From Octopus vulgaris (taxonomy: Eukaryota): a stretch of DNA of 64,000 nucleotides. Both the position numbers and the translations under genes were made by a program. Below, in pieces: positions 38,901-53,900 of the stretch (position 1 is its first letter; every line of letters starts with the position of its first letter). The notes beneath the pieces were generated by a model, which made no database searches, had not been told where the DNA came from, and saw only the letters and a list, made by a program, of their open reading frames with translations. The stretch lies in contig OX597829.1 of assembly GCA_951406725.2 (NCBI GenBank), positions 34,410,001-34,474,000 of the forward strand. The letters are read 5' to 3'.

Positions 38901-41900
38901 GTTTTTAATCTATGATAGAGAGGTAATTTGTGACTGAAATAAGTTGCAAGTGTCTCTGTTTTCTGATTTTAACTGTCATTTTTATCTGTTACAATATCTT
39001 CATTATTATGGATTTTATAAAACAATGGTCTTCATCCACATAACATACCCATTTGTTTTTTGTCAACCACCAAGATTTCTCAGATTGCTACAACTTTCTG
39101 TTTCAGTTAATTAGAACAGGCAAATACAACATCCCTTTCAAGAACTGAGGCAGTTCTTAAAATGACTAGTTCATCAATCTTGATACAGCATACTTAAGCT
39201 GTATAGAACATTGCTCATCAATGTTACTATTATTACATACAAGCAATCTATTTAGTTAGAAGTTTGGGTCAATAATTAAGTTGCATTTTATTGGAAGTAA
39301 ATCATCAAAATTACTCCAGCCTAGTTACAATGCCTAGATTATATATGATGAAAAAAAACTTTTTGCAAACATTCATATCCGTTATTGCTTGTGAGCTAGT
39401 CTGTGTCATTTTATAACAGTCGCTATAAAACCATTGTCATTGTATGTCCATCTTCCATGCAAAATGGGTTAATATATTTTTCAATTCAATATTCAGATTT
39501 ACTCCTAGATAATTATCTAAGATCAATAGTTAAATCATCTAAATACAAAAACAGAAAATATTTCCACTGTGTACTTTTTGTAGCTGAATTGTATTAGAAA
39601 TATATTGCATTAGAAATATAAAAGAAATTTCAATAATGAACTCAATATACTGAGCTAACAATCTGTACTCCTAATCATATGTAAAATATGCTAACAATGC
39701 ATGCCATTATCTAAATCTAGAAAACTAAGCAGTTCATACTACCAGAAAAACTCAATATATTAATATGAAATTTAGAACAAGATCCCAGCATATGCAACCC
39801 CACAAAAATAAATAAAAGAAAGAAAGAAGCTTACAGTGATTAAAAATAGATTTTGATAGTCTTTGAGTTTATTTTCTAATTTAACCTTATCTTCAGGTGA
39901 TTCTGTTAACCGCATGTTCAATGAATTAACATGCTCTTTTAACTCTTTATTTTCTACTTCATTATGTTGCAAATTTGAGTGTAAAGCTTCATACATTTTT
40001 TCAAAATCTGAATATTTCTTCGTTTGGGTAGCTAATTCATTAGACAATTCTGCTAATTTTATTTCATAAGCTGACTGTAATTCTATAAACTGAAAATAAA
40101 AGGTAAATATCAATAGAATATGCTCGAATTGTTTGGCAAATATATTACACATGAAAAACTAAAGATAGTTTAATAATTCAATTTCTAGTGAAACAAAAAT
40201 ATTTTCTCTTCACTAATTTGACAACTACTTGGCAAGAAACTCAGTTATAATGGACTGCTGATTTGGCCTTAGAATTAACATTTTGTACATATTCTTAAAA
40301 TTTCAGCAGAAAAAAATTTACTTTTCCTAAGCACCTTATAAACTTCACTGTAAAATTGGAAGATTCCAGTAAAGCCTCCAAATAAAGAAAAGGCAGAAAA
40401 AGAATATTTTTGGCAAAGGTCAACAAATGGGACGTGGATTGTCAATTACCTCAACCACAGTACTTGAATGATGCCTAATTCAAAAAGGATGAAAGGCAAA
40501 GTTGACATTGGTGGTATTTGAAATCAAAACAAAGGGCTAGAAAAAATGCCTCTAAACAATTTGTCTGGTCTGCAAACAATTCTACTAAATATATCAATTC
40601 CTAGCAATTAGTATTGCCAGGAATTATCATATGCTTGTTATGTAGGTGGCACCACAAAACTATCAGGTCTTGGGTATTTTGCCAAACAAGTGTGTGCATG
40701 TGCATAGAAGCATACACAAAGAGCATTTTAGTGAATATGCCCAAACATTTAAGTTCTCTAAGACATTTGTTGATATAAAATGTAAAGAAAAATAAAACAA
40801 AAATTACCTTAGTTTCTGATTCTTTTAATTTATCAGATATTTTTATTTGAAGATCTTTTTCTGATTTTAATTGGGCAGCTAATTCTGTTGATTCCTTCAT
40901 AGCCACATCAAGCTTTTTTTCAAATAATTCTACATTTTTTGTCATTTCTTTCAAATTAGAAACTGGTTCATCAGCCTATAAATATGTGTTATGTAAATGA
41001 GTATTTTGCACTGTAAAATGATTTTCTAACATAGCAATTATGAATGCTTAGATATTACATTTCTTTACAATTATTTAGAAAATAAATTATTTTAGTAATT
41101 ACTTTAGATTTTAAAAATTCAACAGCTTTTTGTTCAAATGTTTTCATCCAAATTGTATGTTCCTGAAAATAGATAAGTTAAACAAATAAAGATTTAGTGT
41201 GCAGTGGAAAGTAACATTTCTTTTACATCCATTTCTCCTTCCTGGAAACCTAGCAACATCCACATTTTTATTTTCAATCATTATTACAATCTAAGACTAG
41301 AATTTGATTTTTCAACTTTGAAAATATATGAAACAACTGAATCCTTTTTCTACTCACTAAATCTATTCACAAGTCAATATCTTACCAATGAGTTATCAAC
41401 AGTTATACTTGGAAAGATACTCTGTAATAGTGCTCTGTCATGTGAAAAAGTATCAGCAGCCTGCACCTGAAGAACAAAATGAAGATTGTTAGCAGTATTT
41501 TCAGAATTTATTTTGGATAAGAATTTAAAAGAATAAACTGAATACATTTCCAAATTTAAAAACAAAAAAAATTTAAATAGTTAAATTGAACTGGTCTTGC
41601 ATTTTCCCATAGGTTATTCCTATAAACAAATGACCTTTTGTGAATATGTTCACTGAAACCTAATAATCAATATAAGATAAATTTTATACAACTTACTTCA
41701 GCAGTACGTACAGCATCAACAATTTGCTGTTCCGAAGATTTCTCAGACTCATTTAAAGCTTCCATTGCTTTCCAGTTCTTTTTTCTGAGATCCTGAAATA
41801 TAGTTTAAAATAACAATCATACTTACATCATATATTAACCATATAGGCACAGAGATGGCTGTGTGGTAAGAAGCTTGCTTCCAGCGCATGTGTTGGTCAA

Positions 41901-44900
41901 TGTTTTCCTTGCACTGCTAGGAGTCACATTGTTGTACACCAACATCATGAATTGTCGAACCAGTGAAGCACAACTACAAGACATTTGTTTTTTCGGGATT
42001 CAGTGGTGGTTTGTTGCTCGTGTTTATTTATTTTGTCGAACAAGAAATCTCCACTGGGTTCTGCGCATTTGTCTGTCTGTAGTTGTGTTTAAAGTCTCAC
42101 TTAGCAGTGCGTATTTTTTTTTACCAATTTTGTGCCCTTACCAAGAGGATTACCGAGTTGGCCAGAAGTACCAGGACTGCCAGAATAGTTTGCTGTGTTT
42201 TTTGAATTGTTTCTTGTCTTCTTCCTCCCTTCATGCATTTTAAAAAATTCTGTGAACTTTTTCAAAAAAAAAAAACATGGCAAAGAAGACAAATAACACT
42301 GTGTTGGAGTGGGAGATTGTCTCACCCAAACAGTGGATGAAAGACTTTGAAGAGGGGATGGTGGTGTTAAGGACTTACTCAAAGTCGCTATACTTTCAAA
42401 GACTCAAATTGAAAAAGAGTTGGCAGAATATTTGCCAACTATTAAATTCATCCCCAGCGGGGTCAAATATGCAATGGTGTAGTTGCTATTTGACATCCCT
42501 GAGGAGGCTCACAAATTTGCGAGCCAGCCCTTAGAGGACAAAGAGATTTTGTTTCTTCCCACGTATAGTGGGAAGAAGTTAACAAGAGCTTGGGTCTGCG
42601 GATTGCCACCCAGGATAGAACCCGAGTGGATAGAGGACACTATCTGCTGGGGTCTGGGTGGCAGTGGATCCAAGCTGCTTAAATTTAAATTTTGCCAGTG
42701 GCTGATTGGGCTGGGTCAAAAGCTGTTTTGACCTTGTGGACCCAATCAGCCAAGAATCTTGTTTTTCCAGATTTTTTAAAAATGGCCAGTTGCAGGTACC
42801 CAGTGATTCTTGAAGGATGCCTCACCAAGTGTCACCTGTGCCTGGAACTAGGCCACATCAAAAAGAACTGTCCCCAGGACCAGAGTAGGATCCTGGAACA
42901 GTTGGTTGTGGAAGAGCCCCCACTCCTCTTCTGGAGGGAGAGAAGGAGGTAGTCGAGGAGGTAGAGACCTCCCCAGAAAAAAAGGGGAAAAAAAGGAAAA
43001 ACGTGGGCAACAATGGTTGCTCACCGAAAGACCCTAAAACTGTGGGAGGGAGCGATAATCCTCCGGTTAAGGTGAAGGAACAGCCCCATCCTGTATGTTT
43101 TCAAACAATGATATTTCTTATTAATGGATTAACACAGATTTTCAATGTAAAAAGAATATAAAACATAGCACCAATCTGACACAAAGCAATAGGCTGAGAT
43201 AGAGCAATAGGTTCACTGAAAGAACTGGAACCAAGTATCTTGTTTATTGGATGACCTCTCAAATTAGGTACTTAAAAGCATAGTAATGTCTCAATATACA
43301 AGTTAATTTGTTCCCAGAGGCCACTCATAAAGCAGAGCAATAATTTCTCATTGCAGCAATGTTATAAATTGTAATTCATTCCCAGAAATTTATAATACTC
43401 ATAAATAAATAGCAATAAAACAACAGCAGAGTGTAAAGAATATTTTATGTAAAGTAAAAAGAATGTTAAGCTCATTTATAATAAAAAGTATTATCACAAT
43501 TGTTTTCTGAATCACTTTCACTCACACTAGACTTGCGCACACCATCGCTTGTAGGTTCCTTTTTAAAAAAAACAAGTCTAGAGTTGTTTGCTTAGAAGCT
43601 TTCTTTCACTCTCTATAAATTTCATGCTAACATGCAGAAGCATTTGTTATGGTAGCAGAAACTTCAGCACTTTGTTCAAAACTTGGACCTTGTGGTTGAA
43701 AAATTTCAGCTCAACATATAAAAGTGAGCTGAAAAATAAACCTTGAATACCCAGGATCTTGTAAAGTAGGTCCTTGTAAAGTGAGGTATTACTGTATTTA
43801 AAAACTAGACATGTCACTACAGTCAGTTAGCATAAGATTCACAGCAGTGCATTTAATTGAAGGATTTACTTCTCAAATGTTTCACTTGAGATGAAGTACC
43901 TGGCTGTGTTAGTTGTTGGAATACATTATATAGAACTTAATCTAATCTATTATGCTAAGTAACTGATAAATTGCCTTGTAGAGATAAAGATAGTTAAAAA
44001 TAGGTTTAAATACCTAATTTGAAACTTCCAGGTAATATATAATAATAAAGCACCATCCGTTCGTGTCCGTTGCCAGCCTCGCCTGGCCCTCGTGCCGGTG
44101 GCACATAAAAAGCACCATCCGTTCGTGGCCGTTTGCCAGCTCTGTCTGGCACCTGTGCGGGTGGCACGTAAAAAGCACCCACTACACTCACGGAGTGGTT
44201 GGCGTTAGGAAGGGCATCCAGCCGTAGAAACACTGCCAGATTTGACTGGGCCTGATGAAGCTTTCTGGCTTCACAGACCCCAGAAGAACCGTCCAACCCA
44301 TGCTAGCAGGGAAAACGGACGCTAAACGATGATGATGATGATGATAGTAATCCAACAAGTCTTGTCAGTAAGCCTGTTTTAATCTCCTGTTAAATCTAAT
44401 ATCTAAATTTATTTTTTGAATATAAAACAAAATTTCCTACTCACATCATTTTTAGCATGCCAGACTTTAATTTCCTTTTTTAATTCTTCAACTTCTTTAA
44501 CATTGTTGTTTAATTTACATGTTATGGCTCTGATTTCATTATCTTTCTCTTCTACTCTGGCTGTAGTCTCAGTCTCATGAGTAGATAATTCAGAAGTTAG
44601 CTGCATTATTTCAGAATTCTTTTCTCCAAGACTGTAATTATATTTAAAAAAAAATTAAACTTGAATAAAAAGAATGTTACTTAATTACACACACATCTGT
44701 ACCCTGCACACACACACACACACACACACACATGTACAAAATATTTAGTAGTGGTTACATTTTTTTCTAATATTTATTTATAGTAGAGTAACTTTTCAAA
44801 GCTAAATTTTTTATCATTTAGCAATTTTTGAAAATATTTCCTTACACTTCTGAGGTTATTAAATGTACTTAAAGAATAACCAATACAAATAAGTGACTCT

Positions 44901-44935
44901 TTATTTGAGACAACATCCAGGGCTAATGGCATGAT

Positions 44936-44966
<31 letters not shown>

Positions 44967-47900
44967 TCAGTCCACTCTGCTAGCCAATGAGAAGAACAGT
45001 GTAACAAAATCGTGATTGGCTTTTCTTGTTACAAGGATAATTAATGAAACAGCACAACACAAGATGCTAAGAGTTAATTTTTATACAAAATACCCCTTTC
45101 AGAAGGCATCCTTGAGAGATTTAAAGCCTTAAATTGATTGAACAGGAATTTAGTTAAGATATAGTACCAGTACATAAAACCATGGATGTTATATCTATGA
45201 TGAAACAAAACGATATTAGTTTTGAGAAGAGATAACACTTTGCATGGAGAAGGCACAAAAGCTTGGAGTTGCTAAAAAAATTAGGTGAAAATGTGTGATT
45301 TGTAAGGACTGATTAAACAACGTACATGAATGTTGTAAAGTTAAAATTAACAGAAAAGTTCATTAAAAAATCTGGCATACATGTGTTCAATAACCATTTT
45401 TATTTGTAGTTCTCAAATAACAATTCAGACTTGATTTACAATCTTAAGGCCTAAAGTCAGCATACCTGAGACCAATGTTCCAATTATTAATAGAATGCAA
45501 ACTTAGTGAAAAATGAGCACTGAATAACAAAGATATTCAGATGTTGGACAAGTTATGATTAACTGGATGTTCTATGTAACTTTCATAAAAAAATAATGCA
45601 TTTGAGCTGGAGGCTAAGCATTAAAAGTATAAGCTGAAGTGTGCATAAATGACACTAAACTGGTATGGTCATATGCATGGAGAATGGATACTGAGGAAAG
45701 AAGAATCATGTTCTGATGACAGAAAGTATTTGTAGTAGAGGGGAACCAAAGAACATATAGCAAGAAGGGTGAGGACAAATCTTGAATGCAATGAGAAAGG
45801 ATTGCAATAAGTGATGATATATGACATAGCAGACCTGTCTAACATCTGCAGGAAATGAACAATGAATGCTAAAAAAATTACAACAGACCTGGCTTTTATC
45901 CAAAATATCTTGGATATTTTATTTTTGAACTAATTTGCCAAGAAAAAGTGCATGCAATATAGAAACCAAACTGCTTTTATTACTGTGAAAAGACAATTTT
46001 CCACTTATACTTAAAAAAAAAAATTAATAAAAAGCTTTTGTGTTAATGATTTGTCACTTTCAATGTTGCTTATAAAGTAGAATAAACCAAGAAGAGTCTT
46101 TACAATCAACTGCTAGAAGTAGCAGCCAAATCTCCCTCAAATCATATCCACTGTGTGAAAAAGAAACAACCCGATTATATCAAAGCAGAAATTTTGACCC
46201 CACTCCCCCAAAAAATAAAAGCATTTAGTAAGAAAATCCACTGTCTTGTACTTACATTCGCTCATGTTCAATAAGTGAAATTTTGGTGCAAGTAAATTTT
46301 TCCTCTTGAACATCGCCATTTGGGGCACCAGCTGGTTCTTTGTGTTCAAGGGATGCCTCAATTGTTAGAGGATTACTCAGGTGCATACTTGTTTCCAGCA
46401 AACGGTTATTTTCCTTTTTAACTAACTATAAGAAACATATTTCAAGAAAACATTGTAGTTGAAGATGCAATACATTTAAAGAATGATGATGCAACAAGTT
46501 GACAAAAACAAAGTAAACGACGATATATGTTCATTCAAAGTGACTGAGTGAATAAGATAGTTTATACACAAGTGAGTACGCATGATTATAAATTTTCAGT
46601 TTCTTAATTTTAAACCAACTAAATTTTAACTGTACAAGAGTAATAATTGAATATTTAATTTTTTTTTAATATTCGTTGCAATACATAAAGTCTGTATTCC
46701 ATGAAGTCTATTTTTCAAGTAATGACTGATTGCATTAGCAAAGCTATACCGAGTTTCTACTCAGTTTTGGTGTAATGAAAATTTCACACTTCAAGCATCC
46801 TTGTACATGATATGTTTGTCAAATTATTCTTGTTGTTATCTCTCCAGAAATATTGTTTGTGATTTCATGTCTTGATAAAAACCAAAGCACTGTTTTGCAA
46901 AACTTTCTCCAGTGCTAATTTTATAAATTTCTACCTTTACCATTTGGATCTACTAACTTGAATCCTTTGCTATAGTCTCTATGCAATCAAGTTTCATCTG
47001 GAGCAGTTTTTGAATAATGCCACAACTGTGTTATTCATTAGGAATACCTTTCTGCCAAATGATTAATTAAATGAATTACTTTTGTAGTGCTGAAACAAAG
47101 ATTTCAGTATTTCCACAAACCGTCCTTCAAAAACCTACACCATACCTTGCTGTCATGCTTTACTCATTGTCTTTTACCCAATTTTTATAAATCACATGTC
47201 TATAAATCATTCAATGACTTTTAGCTGGCATTTTTTCACAAGAGGATGCACTTTACAGTTCTCAACATGTAAGCAACTAGTGAAATACCTTCAGGTAAGC
47301 TTTTCCAATTGTTTTTTTCTGTCTATATCAACTAGATTCTTCTAGCATTATGTTGCACTCAATAAAACAATAAGCCCTATCAGTTCTCAGGAAACTATGA
47401 CAGTAAATGCAATATAATTACCTTTAGTTCTTTTTCAACTTCTTTAATTTTTTCATTGTAATCAGCATCCTAATTAGGAAAAAGGAAAAACTAGAAATTA
47501 GTTTCATTTCTGAAATTTGAAGATTAAATAAGATGCAAGTTTACAGTCCTAAATATCAGTTTAATATTTTTGAAAAGAGTATATATTAAGAAAACTAGTT
47601 CAAGTTATCTTTCAAAATTTGGAATTCTTAAAAATAGAGAATTTATGTCAGCTTAAAGAAGCAACGTTCAGAAAAAATATATAAAAATAAAAAAGTTTAT
47701 TTACCTTATTTTCTATTTCTTTATACAGGTTTTTCAACTGAATATTGAATGAAGCACACTGTTTTTCAGCCTGAGTTAAAGCATCATTGAGTTTGCTATT
47801 TTCTACACTTAATCTTGAGTTATCATTTTGCAAATTTTTAAGAGACATTTGAACTTCTTTCATTCTCTTTGCATTTGTTTCATTCTTTATCTGGAGGTAA

Positions 47901-50900
47901 AATTATACATTTATATTAAGTACTTTAAAAAGGATGCACTCAAATGATTGAATAAATGATACAAAGCTACATTCAATGTGCAAACATCCCTCCTGAAACA
48001 TTTAACAATGCATTTACCAAAAATTAAATTAAATCAATGGGGACTATTTCTTTATATATGTGGTCAGTATCTGAATGCATTTTGCACTACTAGTGCAAGA
48101 TATAGTTATCCTCATTCTTAGAAAACAGTTAGCTTCAGTATTAAAAACTGTGTTGCAATTGTATAGCACTAAGATATAGACAAATTTTTAGTTATTTAAA
48201 AAAATGCTTGGTTCATCTCAAACTAGAAAATACTTTGTACACAGCTTATAATGACTCCCTTTGTTCATGAAAGACCATGGTATTGCACCTAGAAAGTTCT
48301 CCAGGTACAAGTTTAGGTAAGGTTGATTATGGAAGATCAGCAGTCACCCTTGCATACCAGCCTCCCCACACCACCAATGTTACCCAAGAGAAGGGCAAAG
48401 GCCAATACAGCTTGGTACCAGTGATGTTGCAACTTATATTTACAGCTGAATGAACTGGAGCAATGCGAAATAGTGTCTTGCTCAAGAACACAACACACAG
48501 CCCAGTCCAGGAATTGAACTTACTACCTCATGATTGTGAGCACAATGCCCTAACCACTGAGCAATGCACACAGCTCATTATCTTTATTACTATATAAAGG
48601 ATTTCCCTATATCTAACACGAGTTACCAGAGTGATAATGTATATGCGCTATACTTAATTCTTATACTTTTAGTGTCCTATTGAATATTGCTTTTGTAGCT
48701 ATACTTGATTAAACTGTAAACAGTACTGCACAAGCTGAGTTACCTCACTAATAATAGTGCCATAAAATGTAGCCACAACACTATAAAATGGTTGATGAAC
48801 AAGATGAGACAACATAGGCTCAAGAAAACCCTTGTTGAGGATATGACAGTCTCTAGTATTGATACCATGATAAACTGCATCCAGTGACAGAAACCAAATA
48901 AAAAATGAAATGTGTAAGACAGTCTGTCTAAGAGTGTAGTAACTTCAAATAAGAGCCAGACTGATACATCCAGCCCATGCCACCATAGAAAGCAGAAATA
49001 CTTTCAAATAAGCAGCCTCATTTCATATATTGTGTATATATGAACATTTGTAAATGTGGCCAAATTGTAGCTTAGATCATTTTAGCTTCTTAAACCTTGT
49101 TTCTATGCCTTTCAGTAGAAAATAAAGAGAAAAAGAGTTAGAGGAAAAGCAAAATAAAAGTATTGCTTATGCCTGAAGCATCAGAAAAAACAAAATGCAA
49201 TTATGCTTATTGCATTTTGTTTTTGTGTCAAATGATTACATTTTGCAAAGTATGTTTATACAATTAGCATATATTTAAGTTGATAAAAGCATATTCATTC
49301 TGCTTAGTAATTAGCTAAAATGTTTACAGTTCATAGTTTCAATAGCCTAAAGTACTAATGATTATACACAATAATATCAATCAAGCAAACTATTAAAAAA
49401 CAAAAAATTACAATAACTAATTTTTTGGTGGTTGCATTTATTGGCAGGGGTGATAGCTAGTAAGTAGTACAGAAAAAAATTCCTTGCAAGAGCTTTACAT
49501 AACTGAAGGGATCTTAGCAGAAATAATTAGAAAAGTATTTCAATTTGCAAGATGATATTTCATAGTTTGGTTTTTCCTTGATTTCCTTCAAGATTTGAAC
49601 TTCAGTCTCTGCAATATGCCAACACTACAACATCTGTGTATATCATTATCTTATGATACTATCAATGAGTGCTTTAATAACCAGTAAGGTGAATTTTTCT
49701 CAGTTTACTCTGGTTTGAATGTTAACCTGCATTTTTTTTTACCATTATAGCAAAGCTAAGTTATACAAAAAATTTTTTTAAACATCTCAGTATTTGATAT
49801 TATCCATGCATCCATGCTTAATTACTGAAAACCATTATCAAATCTTTCAAAGTTGTATTTGAATGTTTCTTAAATATTATTTCTTACTTTCTCAAGTAGT
49901 TCCTTTATTTTCAGTTCAGATTTAGCTTTATATTTCTCAGAAATTTCGAGCCTTCTTGTGTTTTTATCAAGTTCTTCTTCCAAAATATGAACTTTTTGTT
50001 CTAATTTCTTCTCTTCTGAATTATCAACACTAAAAACAATCAAGTAAAATTCAATCACAAACAGAGAGATGTACAAAAAAAAAAAGTGAATTTAATAGAT
50101 AAATTACTTTAGGAAAATTGTTTAACAACTAATACTTTGAATGAAGCAATAAACCAATAGCGTAAATCTTGACTGAAAGCAATCTTCTCCATATTAACAC
50201 TTTATAAGTAAGAAATCAATCAATAAATAAATAGACTACAAAAATTTATAAACAATTGTTCATAAATATTTGTGAATAATACTTTTAGTTTATCCATATG
50301 TAAATTAAAAATGCTATTAGAATATTTTTCACAACGTCTAATTTGTGGTTTCCATGACATCTTGAATCTAATAAAAGTCTCAAAATTATTTAAAAGTACA
50401 AATTTTGATTAAAAAATAGCAAATATTCACAATTCAGTCTATTGTGTGGAAACTTTAGTGCTTTATTCAGAACTGCTAACTATAGTTAAATACCTGGCTA
50501 ATAAATTTTCTTTTAATTTATTTCAATTATATCCATTTTCTCAATGTTTTGAGTATCAAGTAAAACAATTACAGCTGTGTTTAAAACTTTTGTACAAATG
50601 TTAACAGTAACTTACACAGGTCTGGGAGGGGTTCTCTTTAAAGTGTTATTCTCCTAATAAGGAAAAAGAAAAAATATTTTATAGTATATTTTTAGCACAA
50701 TGCTTCAGTAATAGAGTTTTACTACATTCAGATCTAAAATTAAACCATACCATTTGGTCCTTTTCATTGATAATTAACTATTGTTAATAACATACAGCAG
50801 ACTAGTCAAGTATAATAGATGAATTAAGCTCACAGCTACCTACTACAATTTCCTTTTAATTTCCATTAGTAACTATGTAACTAGTTTATTTCATTTGAAC

Positions 50901-53900
50901 AGAATGTTGTAAAAGGCACAATGCATACATAAATCAGAGGCCTAATTTGAGCTTAATCAAAAGAAATCAGTAATATAGTAACCAAATCGTTTTTAAAATG
51001 TATCCACTCTTCTGTCATCAAGCCGTTAAACTTTAGTAATTATAAATGCAGGCATGGTTGTGAAATATTTTGAGTAAGTATCTTCTACAATAGAACCAGG
51101 CTGACAAATGCTGAGTGTATGTTTAGTAGACAAAAACTAAGTAGCTTGTCCATACATAAATGTGTGTGTGTGTTACTGAATGTTGATATTTCATGAGCAA
51201 AAATATATTTATAGTCCTTGTTGACACCATGATCAATCACTCTGCATTTTCAAAACCCTGTGAAATAAGAAATCTCTTCCTTCTAAAACAAAGGTTGATA
51301 GCAGGAAAAGCATCCAGCTGTAAAAGCTTGCCTCAAATACATCCATGCTAGCAAATTAAATAACATGTGAATTAAAATATTCTTAACTGAATATGAAGAT
51401 AAATTTTCAAAGTTTGGCATAACAGAAAAGTGACATAAAAATATATAATAAATTATCTAAATCAAAAGGAAAAAGAAAGATTGTCTATAACTGCTAGTAT
51501 ATACAAACTGACTTTTGGTTACTTTATGGCTATCTTAATTTGTTTGGTAGAAAATATCAAAATTAACCAGAACTGTAAAGTAGTTGCTTGGTAGAGTTAT
51601 AAGAACAAACAAAATGTTTGTGACATTTACCTATGGTCTTTATGTACTAGATTCAAAAGTTGCAGTCAACACTGCCTTTCATTCTACCTGAATCAATAAA
51701 GTACCAGTTAAGAACTACTGGAGTCGATCTAATCCTATAAAGCATTCTAAATATGAATGGAATTATAGTAGATGATAACTGACCTCAATAATTTTCTGAT
51801 ATTTCACCTTGTTGTTCTTGATTTGATTCGAGAGTTGATCAATCTTCTGATTTAAGTTATCTTCAGTCTTCCTTTTTTGCTCTTGCAACTTTTCATTTTG
51901 AATACGAAGTTTTTGACACTCTTCTTCATGTTGTTTCGCATCTTTACTTGACTGTAATTTGATCCTAGCCAATTCTTGTTCAATTTTCTCTTTTTCATTG
52001 TTTACTAAGAGACAAAAAACAAAAACTGCATAAGTTTAAAGAAACAGAAATGTCTTTTTGGAAAAACAAGAATCTAACAAGACAACACTCTGAAAATAAA
52101 TTCAAGATATTGAGTTTGTAAAAGTAAGGTATTCCTTTCATAAAAGTACATAAATTTTGCTGTTCTTCTACTGCTAGGTAGCAATCATTGATAATTGTAG
52201 TAATTCTCCCTGAAATCATACCTTTTTGTATGAAATTTTTTTTGAAATTATAAACAGAAACAAATTTCAGATTCAGACTGTATTTTAAAACTGAGTAAAA
52301 ATTAATTTGGAAAAATAGCTGAAATTTTAGAATTGGAGTGGAAGTGGGGAGAATCACTTTTAAAATTTCACTATTGAATTGGGGATTATAATGGTGATTG
52401 TTGATTTCTGAACTTTTTTTTTCAAGGCTCCAAGTGTATAGTGCAGAAAAACGCATTGGCCAAAATTGGCACTGAGTGGGGGAGGTAGGTTTGAAAAAAT
52501 TCATAAATTTTCAATAACGAGTTTTGAAATGCATAGAGCAAAAAAATTGGACAAAATCAATCCCAATGTGGAGGAGGATTCATAAATTTTTCATAAAAAG
52601 CTTTCATTTGCAAGAGCAGGGTGAAAAAAAAAATTTGAAAAATTCCCATCAAAACAAAAGAAAATCCAACTTATGTGAGTACTATACTGAAGGTCTCCCA
52701 GGGAATTCTATTGTGAAAATTACAAGATTAGGAATGCTCAGCTGAAGAGGGATGCTGGGGACAAGGCTGTATGCAAGGACACTCATGCTTTTACTTAGCT
52801 TGACATATCTTTTCAAGCATAGCTAACTACCAGGTGTCTTGGTCCCCTGTCATCCCCTCTGTGAATTCCAACATCTGTAGATCCTTTCTCATCATTTCAA
52901 CTCACACCCTCCCTCTACAATTAGAGACAAGCACCTCTTGATGCAACCGCCTTTATTCATGCACATTACATGGCCATACCAGCACAGTCTTCCCTGTAGC
53001 ATGTTACATCTGATACCTCGTATACTCAGATTTATTCTTAAAATACTTACACTGTTGCATATGCACACTGCTATTACCTGTCCTACAGAGAATACTGGCT
53101 TCATTTCTTTCAAGCCTTTGCATATCCTCAGTAGTCACAGCCTATGTCTCACTACCATGTAGCATAGTTGTTCATACAAAGGCATCATACAATCTGCCTT
53201 TCACTCTATAGGAGAGGCCCATCATTACTAACAGAGTTAGTAGATCTCAGAACTTCACCCAACCTATTATTTTAGTAGCTATGCTCTTGGAACAACCTCC
53301 CCCACCACTAACTTGGTCACCTAAGTAATGGAAACTATCTGCTACTTCTTAAGGATCCCTACTGACATTTAAGGGAATCTATTTTATGTACATTCCTGGT
53401 GTTTAACACACCTGCACATCTGCGACATGTAAAGACTTACTTTTTCTGTTAGTCTTCTAGTGATACTGCCGCACCTCTTGTGTATCCATAACTTGCACTG
53501 GGTACATCTTATAGTTTCTCTTGACACCCTTTCTACATATCAAGCAGAGCCACCTTCTTGAAGAGATCCGTGATCTGTCTTTTTTATTACTTATTACTTT
53601 GGTTGTTGCTAAATTAACTCTTAAGGAACCTTTGATTCCAGTCCATGCTGCTATACCTGGAATTTCTTTAGCTCTGGTAGTGATTCAGCAATAAGAACAG
53701 GGTCATCTGCATAGAGAAGCTCCCAAAGATTGCCAGTCTTAAATACCGCAGTAATAGCTTGAAGAACCATGATAGATGTGTATGTGTGTGAGGGAGAACT
53801 GAATCCTGGTGGACTCCTATTGTAAATCCTCAAGTATAATTCACATGTTTTCCCCAAAATTTAAAGGTCAAAATCCCTAATGCATACTATATACAAGGTT

